64,000 nt of DNA, taken from the NCBI GenBank assembly GCA_965652295.1, contig CBFGTS010000006.1:96001-160000 (forward strand), given 5' to 3'. Each line of letters starts with the position of its first letter. Position 1 is the stretch's first letter. The DNA is from an uncultured Haloferula sp. GTDB taxonomy: Bacteria > Verrucomicrobiota > Verrucomicrobiia > Verrucomicrobiales > Akkermansiaceae. Shown one piece after another: positions 8,820 through 18,816 of the stretch. The translations under genes were made by a program, and so were the position numbers. A model generated the notes under the pieces. That model had not been told where the DNA came from and searched no databases. It worked only from the letters and a program-made list of their open reading frames with translations.

Positions 8820-9998
8820 TCAGGCCCCTGCCTGAGCGGGCTTTCCGATCACCCCACCCGCCTCGTCCCGGGCCCAGGCATCGGCGGCGATCACGCTCTC
8901 CAGCGAGCCCGCGCCTTGCACCGGATGCCGGTCCATCACCTTGCGAACGGTGTCCCAGATCCCGATGAACGGAAGCTCACCCGCCACGAAGGCCTCCACC
9001 GCCACCTCGTTCGCCGCATTGAAAACCGCCGGCAAGGTCCCTCCCTCCAAACCCGCGCGCCGGGCCAGCCCCAGCGCGGGAAACACCTCGTGACGCGGTG
9101 CCTCGAAATCGAGCTTCGCCAGCTCCGCGAAATCGATCCGCTCCAAACCGCCATCGACGCGATCCGGCCACGTCAACGCATACTGGATCGGGAAAACCAT
9201 GTCCGTCCGGCTCAGCTGCGCCAGCACCGAGCCATCGACGAACTCCACCATTGAGTGGATGATGCTCTGCGGATGCACGATCACGTCGATCCGCTCCATT
9301 CCGATCCCGAAAAGCCAACGGGCCTCGATCATTTCCAGCCCCTTGTTGAAAAGCGTGGCGGAATCGATCGTGATCTTCGGCCCCATGTCCCACGTCGGAT
9401 GCTTCAGCGCGCGCTCCACCGTCACCTTCCTCAGCTCCTCCGGCGGCGTTTGGCGAAAAGGACCGCCCGAAGCCGTCAGGATCAGCCGGGAAACCTCGGC
9501 AGCCCCTCCGCGATGGCCATCGAGACATTGGAAAATCGCGTTGTGCTCCGAATCGACCGGCAGGATCCGCACTCCGTGCTTCTCCGCCGCAGCGGTGATC
9601 ACCTCGCCGGCCATCACCAGGATCTCCTTCGAAGCCACCGCCAGGTCCTTGCCGCACTCGATCGCCGCCAGCGCCGGATGCAGGCCGCCGGTTCCCACGA
9701 TGGCCACCAGCACGATGTCCGCCTCCGCCAGGCATGCCAACTCGATGAGTCCGGCATGTCCCACATGCACCGTCACCCCTTCCGGCAGCAGTGCCCGCAG
9801 CGCGGATTCCTTCGAGGCATCGCACACCGCGACGTGCTTCACGCCTGTTTCGCGCACCTGCGCTGCCAGCTTTTCCACGCTCGAATTCGCCGCCAGCCCA
9901 ACCAGTTCGATCCGTTCCGGCAACCGCCGCGCGACCTCCAGAGTCGAGCAACCGATCGACCCCGTGGATCCCAGCAGGACCACCTTCTTGCGTTTCAT
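8820..9998 (-). CDS. dxr: 1-deoxy-D-xylulose-5-phosphate reductoisomerase
   Basis: LGSTGSIG, LPVDSEHNAIFQ, TASGGPF, HPTWDMGPKITIDSAT, NKGLE. Confidence 0.97.
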   Translation of the reverse strand: MKRKKVVLLGSTGSIGCSTLEVARRLPERIELVGLAANSSVEKLAAQVRETGVKHVAVCDASKESALRALLPEGVTVHVGHAGLIELACLAEADIVLVAIVGTGGLHPALAAIECGKDLAVASKEILVMAGEVITAAAEKHGVRILPVDSEHNAIFQCLDGHRGGAAEVSRLILTASGGPFRQTPPEELRKVTVERALKHPTWDMGPKITIDSATLFNKGLEMIEARWLFGIGMERIDVIVHPQSIIHSMVEFVDGSVLAQLSRTDMVFPIQYALTWPDRVDGGLERIDFAELAKLDFEAPRHEVFPALGLARRAGLEGGTLPAVFNAANEVAVEAFVAGELPFIGIWDTVRKVMDRHPVQGAGSLESVIAADAWARDEAGGVIGKPAQAGA

Positions 9999-10906
9999 GC
10001 CACCCATTTCAGATAGAAATACAGCACCGGCGCGGTGAAACAAAGCGAGTCGATCAGGTCCAGCGCCCCACCGATCCCCGGCAACATGTGCCCCGAGTCC
10101 TTGATGCCCAGGCTGCGCTTCACCACGCTTTCCGCCAGGTCACCGACCACCGCCAGCAACGCCAGCACCAGGCTCAGCCCGATCACCGCACCCCAGCCGC
10201 CGAGCACGTGCAAACCCGTGGCGAAGCCCGGGATGTCCTTCTGGAACCAAGCGTAGAGCCCGCAGCCCGCCAACAGCGCGAAGACCAGCGCGCCGCCGAA
10301 GCCCTGCCAGGTTTTGCCGGGACTCACGTGCGGGATCATCTTATGCTTCCCGATCGCCGAGCCGACGATGTAGGCGCCCATGTCGGTGAACTTTGTCACC
10401 GCGATCATCCACAGCAGCACCGCCGCGCCGGGCACCTCACCCTCACCGGGGACCGAGAACACGATACGCGCGCAAAAATTGAAGAGAAACGGCAGGTAGA
10501 TGAAGCCGACCACGTTCGCCGCCACCGCCTGCAACGGCTCCGTGCCGCGGATCGGATGACGGAGCTGCAGCGCGAAAGCCCCGGCCAGCGCCACGAATAC
10601 CGCCGCGCCATCGAGCCACTCCGGCATCCCCCCGGGCAGCGCGCCGAGCAGGAAAAGATACAGCACCACCGAGTACGCCACCGCCAGCAGGATGCCGAAG
10701 CGCGGGAAGCACTTCATGCCCCCGACCTTGACCATTTGGAAATACTCCCAGCTCGCCAGCACCGCGAGAAACCCGACCAGCGACACATAGGCCCAGCCCA
10801 ATCGGCTCGCGAAGCCTGCCGCCACCACCGCCCACAGCCCGAGCGTGCTCGCCGTCCTTCGGAAAAAGACCGCGCGCTTGCTGCTTGGCTGGGTGGGTTC
10901 TGCCAT
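9995..10906 (-). CDS. cdsA: Phosphatidate cytidylyltransferase
   Basis: DMGAY, SPGKTWQG, GDLAESVVKR, IKDSGHMLPGIGGALDLIDS. Adjacent to dxr as usual. Confidence 0.95.
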   Translation of the reverse strand: MAEPTQPSSKRAVFFRRTASTLGLWAVVAAGFASRLGWAYVSLVGFLAVLASWEYFQMVKVGGMKCFPRFGILLAVAYSVVLYLFLLGALPGGMPEWLDGAAVFVALAGAFALQLRHPIRGTEPLQAVAANVVGFIYLPFLFNFCARIVFSVPGEGEVPGAAVLLWMIAVTKFTDMGAYIVGSAIGKHKMIPHVSPGKTWQGFGGALVFALLAGCGLYAWFQKDIPGFATGLHVLGGWGAVIGLSLVLALLAVVGDLAESVVKRSLGIKDSGHMLPGIGGALDLIDSLCFTAPVLYFYLKWVA

Positions 10907-11036
10907 CGTCGGAAACGCGGGCATCCAACCGACTGTCGGCCCGGAGGGCAATCCATTCCGTCACAAGGCCGACCGCCCGCCGGAAATGACCACGATCGCC
11001 ATTGGCCAGATCACCTTCCACGGTCCAAATTGCCCC

Positions 11037-12350
11037 ATGGATCCCAAGACCCAGAACGCCTTCAAACGCCTCTCCCACGCCGTCCCCGATGCCTGCCTGC
11101 ACGACCTCGAGCAACGCGCCGGCTGGCTCCGTGCCATTGCCGACCGGCTTGAGTCCGAGGCCGGACCGCTCGCCCTGCTGATGGCCAAGGAAATGGGCAA
11201 GCCCATCTCCCAAGGCCGCGCCGAGGCCGAAAAATGCGCCTGGGTCTGCCGCTACTACGCCGACCATGCCGCGGATTTCCTGGCCGACGAATCGGTGGAG
11301 ACCGGCCGCGCCGAATCGCTTGTGACCCGCGCGCCGCTGGGAATCGTCCTCGCCGTCATGCCGTGGAACTTCCCGCTCTGGCAGACCTTCCGCTTCACAG
11401 CCCCCGCGCTCGCGGCCGGCAACCGCATCCTGCTCAAGCACGCCTCGAACGTCCCGGGCTGCGCCGCCGCCATCGACCGCCTCGTCGCCGAGGCCACCGG
11501 CACCGATGAACTTCTCGCCCACGTCGAGGTCCCCGGCTCCGAGGTCGATCAGCTCATCGCCGACGAACGCGTCGCGGCCGTCACCTTCACCGGCTCCACC
11601 ACCGCCGGCCGCAAGCTCGCCGCCGCTTGCGGCAGGCATTTGAAAAAGTGCGTCCTCGAACTCGGTGGCAGCGATCCCTACCTCGTGCTCGAAGACGCCG
11701 ACCTCGACCACGCCGCCGCCGTCTGCGCCAAGGCCCGCATGATCAACAACGGTCAGAGCTGCATCGCCGCCAAGCGCCTGCTCGTCGCCGCGCCCGTGCA
11801 CGACGAATTCGTCGACCGCCTCCGCGCCGAACTCGCCGTCTACGAAATGGGCGACCCGCTCGATCCCGACACCAAGCTCGGCCCTCTCGCCCGCCTCGAC
11901 CTCCGCGACGCCCTCCACGATCAGGTCCAGCGCCAGCTCAGCGACAACACCGCCAAAGTCATCATGGGCGGCGAAATCCCCGACCGCGAAGGAGCCTGGT
12001 ATCCCGCCACCCTGGTCGCCGGCGTCCGCCGCGGCACCCCGCTCTTCGACGAAGAAACCTTCGGCCCGGTCGCCGCCGTGGTCCGGGTCAATGGTGCCAC
12101 CGACGGCGTCGAACTCGCCAACGCCACCTCCTTCGGCCTCGGCGCGGCCGTTTTCACGGAAAACCTCGATCTCGCCCGCCGCACCGCCCGGCAGCTCCAC
12201 GCAGGCACGGTCGCCATCAATGCCCAGGTCGTCTCCGACCCCCGCCTGCCCTTCGGCGGTGTGAAAGACAGCGGCTGGGGCCGCGAACTCGGACACGCCG
12301 GGATCCATGAATTCGTCAATTTGAAGACGATTTTGCGCGAAAATTCATAG
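11037..12350 (+). CDS. NAD(P)-dependent aldehyde dehydrogenase (succinate-semialdehyde dehydrogenase-like)
   Basis: MPWNFP, FTGS, LELGGSDP, NNGQSCIAAKR, EETFGP, PFGGVKDSGWGRE. Confidence 0.92.
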   Translation: MDPKTQNAFKRLSHAVPDACLHDLEQRAGWLRAIADRLESEAGPLALLMAKEMGKPISQGRAEAEKCAWVCRYYADHAADFLADESVETGRAESLVTRAPLGIVLAVMPWNFPLWQTFRFTAPALAAGNRILLKHASNVPGCAAAIDRLVAEATGTDELLAHVEVPGSEVDQLIADERVAAVTFTGSTTAGRKLAAACGRHLKKCVLELGGSDPYLVLEDADLDHAAAVCAKARMINNGQSCIAAKRLLVAAPVHDEFVDRLRAELAVYEMGDPLDPDTKLGPLARLDLRDALHDQVQRQLSDNTAKVIMGGEIPDREGAWYPATLVAGVRRGTPLFDEETFGPVAAVVRVNGATDGVELANATSFGLGAAVFTENLDLARRTARQLHAGTVAINAQVVSDPRLPFGGVKDSGWGRELGHAGIHEFVNLKTILRENS

Positions 12351-12613
12351 ATCGTCCGGCCGGAACCCGAATCAATTTGCGAAAAGAGCCCTGCTCTGCC
12401 ATGTCAGACCGACGTTTATTGCATGTAGCCGCCTCTGTTCTGAAGCCACGCGTTTCCCAAGTGCCTTCAAAACCCACACTTCCGATTTCCGCGTAGCTCG
12501 GGCAGTGGCGGCTCTCTCTAGATGTTGGTTGTGTGCATGCGTTCCCGCCGGAGGCGAAATCCTTCGGCGGGACGCTTGCGTACGGGCGGCTGTGTCCGTA
12601 TGGACGCCGCGCC

Positions 12614-14218
12614 ATGGCTAACTTTCGCGTGCTCGTTTCAGACCCGATCTCGGAAAAAGGTGTGGAGGCTCTCGCCGCCGCCCCTGGCATCGATGTCGAC
12701 GTCAACACCGGCCTCCCTCCGGAGGAATTCCTTAAAATCATCGGCGATTACGACGCCCTGGTCGTCCGCTCCCAAACCAAGGTGACCGCCGAAGTGTTCG
12801 CCGCGGCGAAAAAGCTGAAGGCCGTCGGCCGCGCCGGCGTCGGCGTCGACAACATCGACCGTCAGGCCGCCACCGACCACGGCGTGATCGTGATGAACAC
12901 GCCCACCGGCAACACCATCTCGACCGCCGAGCACGCCTTCACCCTGATGCTTTCCTGCGCCCGCAACATCGCCCCGGCCCACGCCGGCGTGCTGGCGGGT
13001 GATTTCAAAGCCGCCCGCAAGGCCTTCCAGGGCATCGAACTCAACGGCAAGCGCCTCGCCGTCATCGGCATGGGCCGCATCGGCACCGAGTTCGCCAAGC
13101 GCGCCCAGGCCTTCAACATGGAGGTCACCGCCTTCGATCCCTTCCTCACCGAAAGCCGCGCCCGCGAACTCAAGGTCACCCTCGCCGAGTCACCCGACGC
13201 CGCCCTCACCGGTGCCGACGTCGTCACCCTCCACGTGCCGCTCACCGAGGAAACCAAGCACGTCCTCAACAAGGACCGTCTCGCCCTGATGAACCCGGGT
13301 GCCATCGTCGTGAACTGCGCCCGCGGCGGCCTCATCGATGAAGCCGCGCTGAAAGATGCCATCGACCGCGGCCACATCGCCGGCTGCGCGCTCGACGTCT
13401 TCGAGAACGAGCCGCCCGCCGCCGACCACCCCCTCTTCAGCCTCGGCAAGCACGTCGCCTTCACCCCGCACCTCGGTGCCTCGACCAATGAGGCCCAGGA
13501 AAACGTCGGCATCGAGGTCGCCATCCAGATCCGCGATTTCCTCAGCACCGGCGAGATCCGCAACGCGATCAACATGCCGTCCCTCGACGCCGCCGCGCTC
13601 AAGGAACTCGGCTCCTACCTCGACCTCGCCGGCGCCCTCGGCTCGGTCCTCGCCAAGCTCGGGCCCGAAAATCCCGACTCGCTCCGGGTTTCCTACCACG
13701 GCGAACTCGCCGGCAAGGACACCGGCCTCGTCTCCCGCACCGCCCTCTTCCGCCTGCTCGAGCGCTCGCGGCCCGACGGTGGTGTCAACCTCGTCAACGC
13801 CCCCGCCGTCGCCAAGTCGATGGGCCTCGACCTCGTCGAGTCCACCATCAACGCCCAGACCGAGTTCAACGACCTCCTCGTCGCCGAGCTCCGCAAGGGC
13901 GACGAGAAGTTCCGCGTCGCCGGCACCATCATCGGCCGCAGCCCGCGCATCGTGGAGATCGACCGCCTGTTCGTCGACGTCTCGATTTCCGGCCACCTTC
14001 TCATCGTCTGCAACGACGACCGCCCCGGCATCGTCGGTGCCGTCGGCACCGCGCTGGGAGAAGCCGGCCAGAACATCGCCAACCTCTCGCTGGCCCGCAA
14101 CAAGTCGGAGAAGAACGCCATGTCCGTCATCGAGCTCGACGCCCCCGCCGACGCCGACCTGATGGCCAAGATCCGCGCCATCCCCGGCGTCACCTGCGCC
14201 ACCGGCATCTCCCTCTGA
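12614..14218 (+). CDS. serA: D-3-phosphoglycerate dehydrogenase
   Basis: GRAGVGVDNID, GMGRIG, NCARGG, TPHLGAST, plus ASB and C-terminal ACT domains (DRPGIVG). Confidence 0.96.
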   Translation: MANFRVLVSDPISEKGVEALAAAPGIDVDVNTGLPPEEFLKIIGDYDALVVRSQTKVTAEVFAAAKKLKAVGRAGVGVDNIDRQAATDHGVIVMNTPTGNTISTAEHAFTLMLSCARNIAPAHAGVLAGDFKAARKAFQGIELNGKRLAVIGMGRIGTEFAKRAQAFNMEVTAFDPFLTESRARELKVTLAESPDAALTGADVVTLHVPLTEETKHVLNKDRLALMNPGAIVVNCARGGLIDEAALKDAIDRGHIAGCALDVFENEPPAADHPLFSLGKHVAFTPHLGASTNEAQENVGIEVAIQIRDFLSTGEIRNAINMPSLDAAALKELGSYLDLAGALGSVLAKLGPENPDSLRVSYHGELAGKDTGLVSRTALFRLLERSRPDGGVNLVNAPAVAKSMGLDLVESTINAQTEFNDLLVAELRKGDEKFRVAGTIIGRSPRIVEIDRLFVDVSISGHLLIVCNDDRPGIVGAVGTALGEAGQNIANLSLARNKSEKNAMSVIELDAPADADLMAKIRAIPGVTCATGISL

Positions 14219-14300
14219 GCGAGCCAAAGCGGCGCGAACCTCCGGTTTGCGAGAGAAGCGCGGGCTTCCAGCCTGCGCCCCGCCACCCCGAAAGCCTTCC

Positions 14301-14334
14301 ACGCCGCCGCCCCACCCCGGGCGGCGGCGTTTTT
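14301..14334 (+). terminator. Intrinsic terminator after serA
   Basis: ACGCCGCCGCCC-loop-GGGCGGCGGCGT followed by a T-run. Confidence 0.85.
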
Positions 14335-14593
14335 CGTCGAACGGATCGCAGGAAATAGGAGGTGGGGTGCTCCGTCCTACAGCCTTGGCAGCCCGCCACC
14401 TCCAGCAACAACTTCCGCATCGCAGCGCATCCCCTCGGTCGCCATGTCTCGCGGAGCGCTGATGACAAAATCGGCATCGCTCCACCCACCAGCAGCTCCG
14501 ATGTCCAGTCCGCGCTGACAAGAGCACAGGCAGCCCGTGCCCCGCCTCCGTGTCCTCAGTCCCTCCGTGATGAAAAGAAGCCGCAACTGACCG

Positions 14594-15175
14594 ATGGTGC
14601 CCCACTCTTCGTTTGAAAACCTCCCGATTTCAGCTCTCATCCCTTCCTCGATCGTGAAAGCCCGTTCTCCATGGCATCTTGGCGCGCTCCTCATTCTCGT
14701 CCCTCTGGCCCTTGTCATCATCCTGGTGAAAACCCAGATCCTTGGCCTCTTCCACCACCCCGCCGCCTCCATGGCTCCCACCATCCCGGCAGGGAGTGAC
14801 ATCTTCGCCACCCGAACGTTCCGAGACGACTTCCAACGAGGCGATCTCGTGATCTTCCGCCCTCCCATCAATCCGGACAGCCGCTTCATCATGCGGGTTC
14901 AGGGCATCGGCGGTGACGTCATCGTGATCAAGGGCGACGAGCTGACCATCAACGGCCTGACGCCGGTTTCGCCTGCCGGCCTCCGCGCCGCTGCCCCCGG
15001 CACCCCGGAACAGTTGAACGACCGCCATCAACGGCTCGCCCCCCGCTTCCCCCTCACCGTGCCTCCGGACCACTACTTCGTCCTCGGTGACAACTTCACC
15101 AACTCTCTCGACAGCCGCTACTGGGGATGCATCTCCCGCGACGACATCACCCATATCCCTCACTTCGTCGAATAG
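14594..15175 (+). CDS. Signal peptidase I (S26) family protein, catalytic Lys replaced by Met
   Basis: TM segment, SMAPTI (box B), RGDLVIF (box C), FIMRVQGIGGD (box D, normally KR), YFVLGDNFTNSLDSRYWG (box E). Start uncertain. Confidence 0.85.
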   Translation: MVPHSSFENLPISALIPSSIVKARSPWHLGALLILVPLALVIILVKTQILGLFHHPAASMAPTIPAGSDIFATRTFRDDFQRGDLVIFRPPINPDSRFIMRVQGIGGDVIVIKGDELTINGLTPVSPAGLRAAAPGTPEQLNDRHQRLAPRFPLTVPPDHYFVLGDNFTNSLDSRYWGCISRDDITHIPHFVE

Positions 15176-15222
15176 CTGCGCGCTTCCTGCCTTCCTCGTC
15201 GCTCGAATCCAGCATCAACGAC

Positions 15223-16188
15223 TCACCCCGCTTTCGGTACCCCGAACACCGAAGGCTCCCGCCGAGTAGCCCTCCTTCCTCCCGGCAGCAGGTCCTTGGA
15301 AACGGCGCGCGAGACGCCGATGAACAGCGTGGCACCGAATCCGGCGTGACCACCCCGGCGACGAAAAATCTCCCACCGTCGACGCAGCGGCTTCGGCCCG
15401 AGCGGGATCGCCTTCAGCGTGCCGCGCTCGATTTCCCGCGCCGCGACCCACGCCGGGAGGATGCCCACGCCGATGTCGAGCATCACCAGGCACTTCATCG
15501 ATTCCTCGTCGTCGAGTTCGATGAAGGGCGCGAGCGACACCCGTTCATTCAGATAATACGCTTCCAGGCACCCGTGGACCGGCGAGCCGGGCTTGGGCAG
15601 GATGAGCTTCTCGCGCTGGATGTCCTCAACCCCGATCCTTTCGAGACGCGTCCAGGCATGCAGCGGGTGCACCACGAAAACCAGCTCGTCCATGCCAAGT
15701 TCCGTGGTTTCGAGGTCGGGGTAATCGCGGCCGAGTGGCGCGATGCCGACGTCGAGCTTCCCCTGGCACACGCCCTCGACCAAGGCATCCGGTGATGCGA
15801 CCTCCACCTTGAGTGAGGTTTCCGGAAAGCTCTCGCGAAACTCCCGGATAACGGCGGGCACGAGGTAACGGCAGGCCGTATCGGTCACGCCGATCCGCAG
15901 TTGTGCCTCGCCCCAGCGGGTGCCGCCGCGGAACTCGGAAACGATTTCCTCAAGACTCAGGATGATTTCCTGCGCCTTTCCGAGCAGCGCCTGACCGGGT
16001 GGCGTCAGAATCAGGCCGGAGCGGGTCCGCTCGAACAACGAAAAGCCGAGAGCCTCTTCGAGCGAACGGAGGCCGTGACTCAACGCCGAAGGCGTGCAGT
16101 CGAGATCGGCGGCCGCCTTTCGCATACTACCGTGCCGGGCGATGAGGACGAACATCTTCAACGACCGCAACTCCAGGGGGTCGGCCAT
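15223..16188 (-). CDS. LysR family transcriptional regulator (cyanate locus)
   Basis: HTH SMRKAAADLDCTPSALSHGLRSLEEALGFSLFER...LTPPG plus substrate-binding domain. Start MADPLEL. Confidence 0.93.
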   Translation of the reverse strand: MADPLELRSLKMFVLIARHGSMRKAAADLDCTPSALSHGLRSLEEALGFSLFERTRSGLILTPPGQALLGKAQEIILSLEEIVSEFRGGTRWGEAQLRIGVTDTACRYLVPAVIREFRESFPETSLKVEVASPDALVEGVCQGKLDVGIAPLGRDYPDLETTELGMDELVFVVHPLHAWTRLERIGVEDIQREKLILPKPGSPVHGCLEAYYLNERVSLAPFIELDDEESMKCLVMLDIGVGILPAWVAAREIERGTLKAIPLGPKPLRRRWEIFRRRGGHAGFGATLFIGVSRAVSKDLLPGGRRATRREPSVFGVPKAG

Positions 16189-16201
16189 GCGCTGGCGACA
16201 G

Positions 16202-16217
16202 AGCAATCGGAGTGCCA
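16202..16217 (-). promoter_or_regulatory. Sigma54 motif for the LysR gene
   Basis: Minus strand reads TGGCACTCCGATTGCT; 13 nt before the ATG. Confidence 0.75.
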
Positions 16218-16255
16218 CGGCGTTGAAAGACTTTCGCCGGTGGAAGGGCGGGCGG

Positions 16256-16268
16256 TGAAGAAATCTCA
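16256..16268. promoter_or_regulatory. Putative LysR box (T-N11-A)
   Basis: TGAAGAAATCTCA resembles TGAA-N5-TTCA at 37236 and 39271. A weaker copy, TGAAAGACTTTCG, is at 16224-16236. Confidence 0.5.
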
Positions 16269-16319
16269 ACGCGGTGGAGAGGGTTTTTCTCCTGCGGTGG
16301 CGGCCGTGCGGTCGGGCGA

Positions 16320-16335
16320 TGGCATCGCGGGTGCT
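16320..16335 (+). promoter_or_regulatory. Sigma54 motif for the cyanate operon
   Basis: TGGCATCGCGGGTGCT: GG-N10-GC with TGGCA and TGCT. Confidence 0.7.
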
Positions 16336-16407
16336 CACCCCGCCGCGGCACATGGCGGGTCCGCCTTTCCCGATCATTCGCCCAGTTAATCCAACCGGCA
16401 GAACAAC

Positions 16408-17868
16408 ATGAAACGAATTACTTCCGATCCGTGGTCCGCGCAAAGCGATCTTGCGAAGGGGCACTTTCACGGGCCTCATCTTCCCCCGGCGAAGGACGAA
16501 GCGTCCCGCGAGTTCGTCGGCCGTCTCGATCCCGATTTCCAGAACCTGGCTGCCACCGGGCACGCCACCTGCCAGCACGGAGGCGGATGTACCTGCGGAG
16601 GCGAAGTCGTTCTGGAGTCCGAGGAGGACGCGGTCGCCCACGTGATCGAGGAGTCGGCCATCCGCGCGATCTTCCCGAACGAACTGAAGCGGCGCCAATT
16701 CATCGAGCGCGTTGGCCGGGCGGCCGCCGTTTCGCTGGTGGGAGGCATTTTCCCGCTGGGCCGGATGACCGCCTGGGCGCAGGAACCGGTCAAGGGGATC
16801 GAGAAGAAGGACCTGTCGATCGGTTTCATCCCGATCACCTGCGCCACGCCGATCATCATGGCGGAGCCGATGGGCTTTTATCAAAAGCACGGCCTCAACG
16901 CCACGGTCCGCAAGGCCTCCGGCTGGGCGATGGTCCGCGACTGGGCGATCAATGGCGACGTGGACGCCGCCCACATGCTCAGCCCGATGCCGCTCTCGAT
17001 CACGCTCGGAGCGGGCTCAAAGCAGATGAACTTTTTCATGCCCGCGGTGGAAAATATCAACGGCCAGGCGATCACCCTGGCGAACAAGCACAAGAACGTG
17101 AAGACGGCGGCCGACATGAAGGGCTTCCGCTTCTGCGTGCCGTTCGACTACTCGATGCACAACTATCTGCTACGCTACTTCCTCGCCGAAGGTGGAGTGG
17201 ACCCGGACAAGGACGTCCAGATCCGCGTGGTGCCGCCGCCGGAAATGGTCGCCAACCTCAGCGCCGGAAACGTGGACGGCTACCTCGCGCCCGACCCATT
17301 CAACCAGCGAGCGGTGTATGAGAAGGTCGGCTTCCTTTTCAAGCTGACGAAGGACATCTGGCCGGGCCACCCGTGTTGCGCGTTCGCCATCTCCGAGGAC
17401 TTCACCAAGAGCTACCCGAACAAGGCCTTGTTCAAGTCGATCGTCGATGCGACCTACTTCTCGTCCGACCCCGCCAACCGCAAGGAGATCGCCAAGGCCA
17501 TCTCGCCGGCCAACTACCTGAACCAGCCGCAGATCGTTCTCGAACAGGTGCTCACCGGGACCTACGCCGACGGGCTCGGCGGGATCCAGAAGGCACCCGA
17601 CCGGATCGACTTCGACCCGATGCCCTGGCACTCGATGGCGATGTGGATCCTCTCGCAGATGGTCCGCTGGGGCCAGGTCAAGCCGGACGTGGACTACGCC
17701 GCGGTCGCGAAGAAGGTCTATCTCGAGGCGGAGTGCGGGGACATGATCGAGGACCTCGGCCACAAGAAGAAGATGATCTCGCTCGGATCGTTCGAGATCA
17801 TGGGCAAGAAATTCGACCCGTCGGATCCCGGAGGTTACGCCAAGAGCTTCGCGATCACCCGAGTCTGA
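16408..17868 (+). CDS. CmpA/NrtA-family ABC substrate-binding protein, probably cyanate (CynA-like)
   Basis: IGFIPITCATPIIMA, ENINGQAITL, PFDYSMHNYLLRY, VPPPEMVANL, HPCC. Tat-like KRRQFI. In an operon with cyanase. Confidence 0.92.
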   Translation: MKRITSDPWSAQSDLAKGHFHGPHLPPAKDEASREFVGRLDPDFQNLAATGHATCQHGGGCTCGGEVVLESEEDAVAHVIEESAIRAIFPNELKRRQFIERVGRAAAVSLVGGIFPLGRMTAWAQEPVKGIEKKDLSIGFIPITCATPIIMAEPMGFYQKHGLNATVRKASGWAMVRDWAINGDVDAAHMLSPMPLSITLGAGSKQMNFFMPAVENINGQAITLANKHKNVKTAADMKGFRFCVPFDYSMHNYLLRYFLAEGGVDPDKDVQIRVVPPPEMVANLSAGNVDGYLAPDPFNQRAVYEKVGFLFKLTKDIWPGHPCCAFAISEDFTKSYPNKALFKSIVDATYFSSDPANRKEIAKAISPANYLNQPQIVLEQVLTGTYADGLGGIQKAPDRIDFDPMPWHSMAMWILSQMVRWGQVKPDVDYAAVAKKVYLEAECGDMIEDLGHKKKMISLGSFEIMGKKFDPSDPGGYAKSFAITRV

Positions 17869-17919
17869 TGAACCGGCGCGTCGGCAGGCACCGCCGGCGC
17901 GCCCCTCCTTTCCGTTCCG

Positions 17920-18810
17920 ATGAACCGAAGTCTCAAGAACGCCTTCGCGCCCTATTTGCTCACGTTGCTGATCTTCGGCATACTGTTGGCATTCTGGCAC
18001 GGGGCGACGCGCCAGCCGCCGTTCGATCCCTCCGGCCACTCGGAGGAGGATCTGATGCTGATGGAATTCAACGGCGACATTCTGCGCGACGAGGCGGGAA
18101 ACTACATCGCCAATCCGGACAAGGTGTCCGGGGTTCCCGGCCCGGGTCCGGTCCTTGACAAGGCACGCGAGGAACTCGGCGAGGCCTTCGTCAAAAAGGG
18201 CACCAACGATCATGGGATCGCCTGGCTGATTCTCTACACCATCCGTCGCTTCATGATCGGCTTTCTCGCCGCATCGGTGATCGCGGTGGGATTCGGGGTC
18301 CTCATCGGCCTGTCGAAGCCGCTGCTCACGGCGCTCAATCCCTTCATCCAGACCCTCAAGCCGATCTCACCGCTGGCGTGGATGCCGCTGCTGCTCTACA
18401 CGGTGAAGGATCCTTTCTGGACCGCGATCCTGGTCGTGTTCATGGCCTCGTTATGGCCGACCATGGCCAACACCGCGCTCGGGGTCTCATCGATCAAGTC
18501 CGACTACCTGCGGGTGGCGAGCATGGTCGAGCTGGGCGTCTGGCGGAAGCTGTTCGGCGTGATCCTTCCGGGTGCCGCGCCGGCGATTTTCGCCGGGCTG
18601 AGGATCTCCTTCGGCAGCGCTTTGGTCGCGGTGGTGCCGGCCGAGATGCTGCTCGGCGAACTCGGCGTCGGTTACCTCAGCTGGATCGAGTGGAACAACC
18701 TCGACATCTCCGGAGTCATCTTCGCCATCGTCATTGTCGGCATCGTCGGCTTCACCCTCGACACTCTCTTCGCCCGTTTCGCCAACCGTTTCAACTACGC
18801 CGAATCCTGA
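17920..18810 (+). CDS. Nitrate/cyanate ABC permease (NrtB/CynB-like)
   Basis: PFIQTLKPISPLAWMP, VVPAEML, GVGYLSWIEWN. Confidence 0.92.
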   Translation: MNRSLKNAFAPYLLTLLIFGILLAFWHGATRQPPFDPSGHSEEDLMLMEFNGDILRDEAGNYIANPDKVSGVPGPGPVLDKAREELGEAFVKKGTNDHGIAWLILYTIRRFMIGFLAASVIAVGFGVLIGLSKPLLTALNPFIQTLKPISPLAWMPLLLYTVKDPFWTAILVVFMASLWPTMANTALGVSSIKSDYLRVASMVELGVWRKLFGVILPGAAPAIFAGLRISFGSALVAVVPAEMLLGELGVGYLSWIEWNNLDISGVIFAIVIVGIVGFTLDTLFARFANRFNYAES

Positions 18811-18816
18811 TCACGC

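Noticed and set aside
12351..12613. Riboswitch upstream of serA
   Set aside because: Only a hairpin at about 12539-12575 was found, with no glycine, ZTP or THF consensus. A promoter-like motif sits right before the ATG.
16189..16974. 583-aa extended LysR ORF
   Set aside because: The extension is antisense to the cynA-like gene and covers the promoter region. The HTH starts at 16188.
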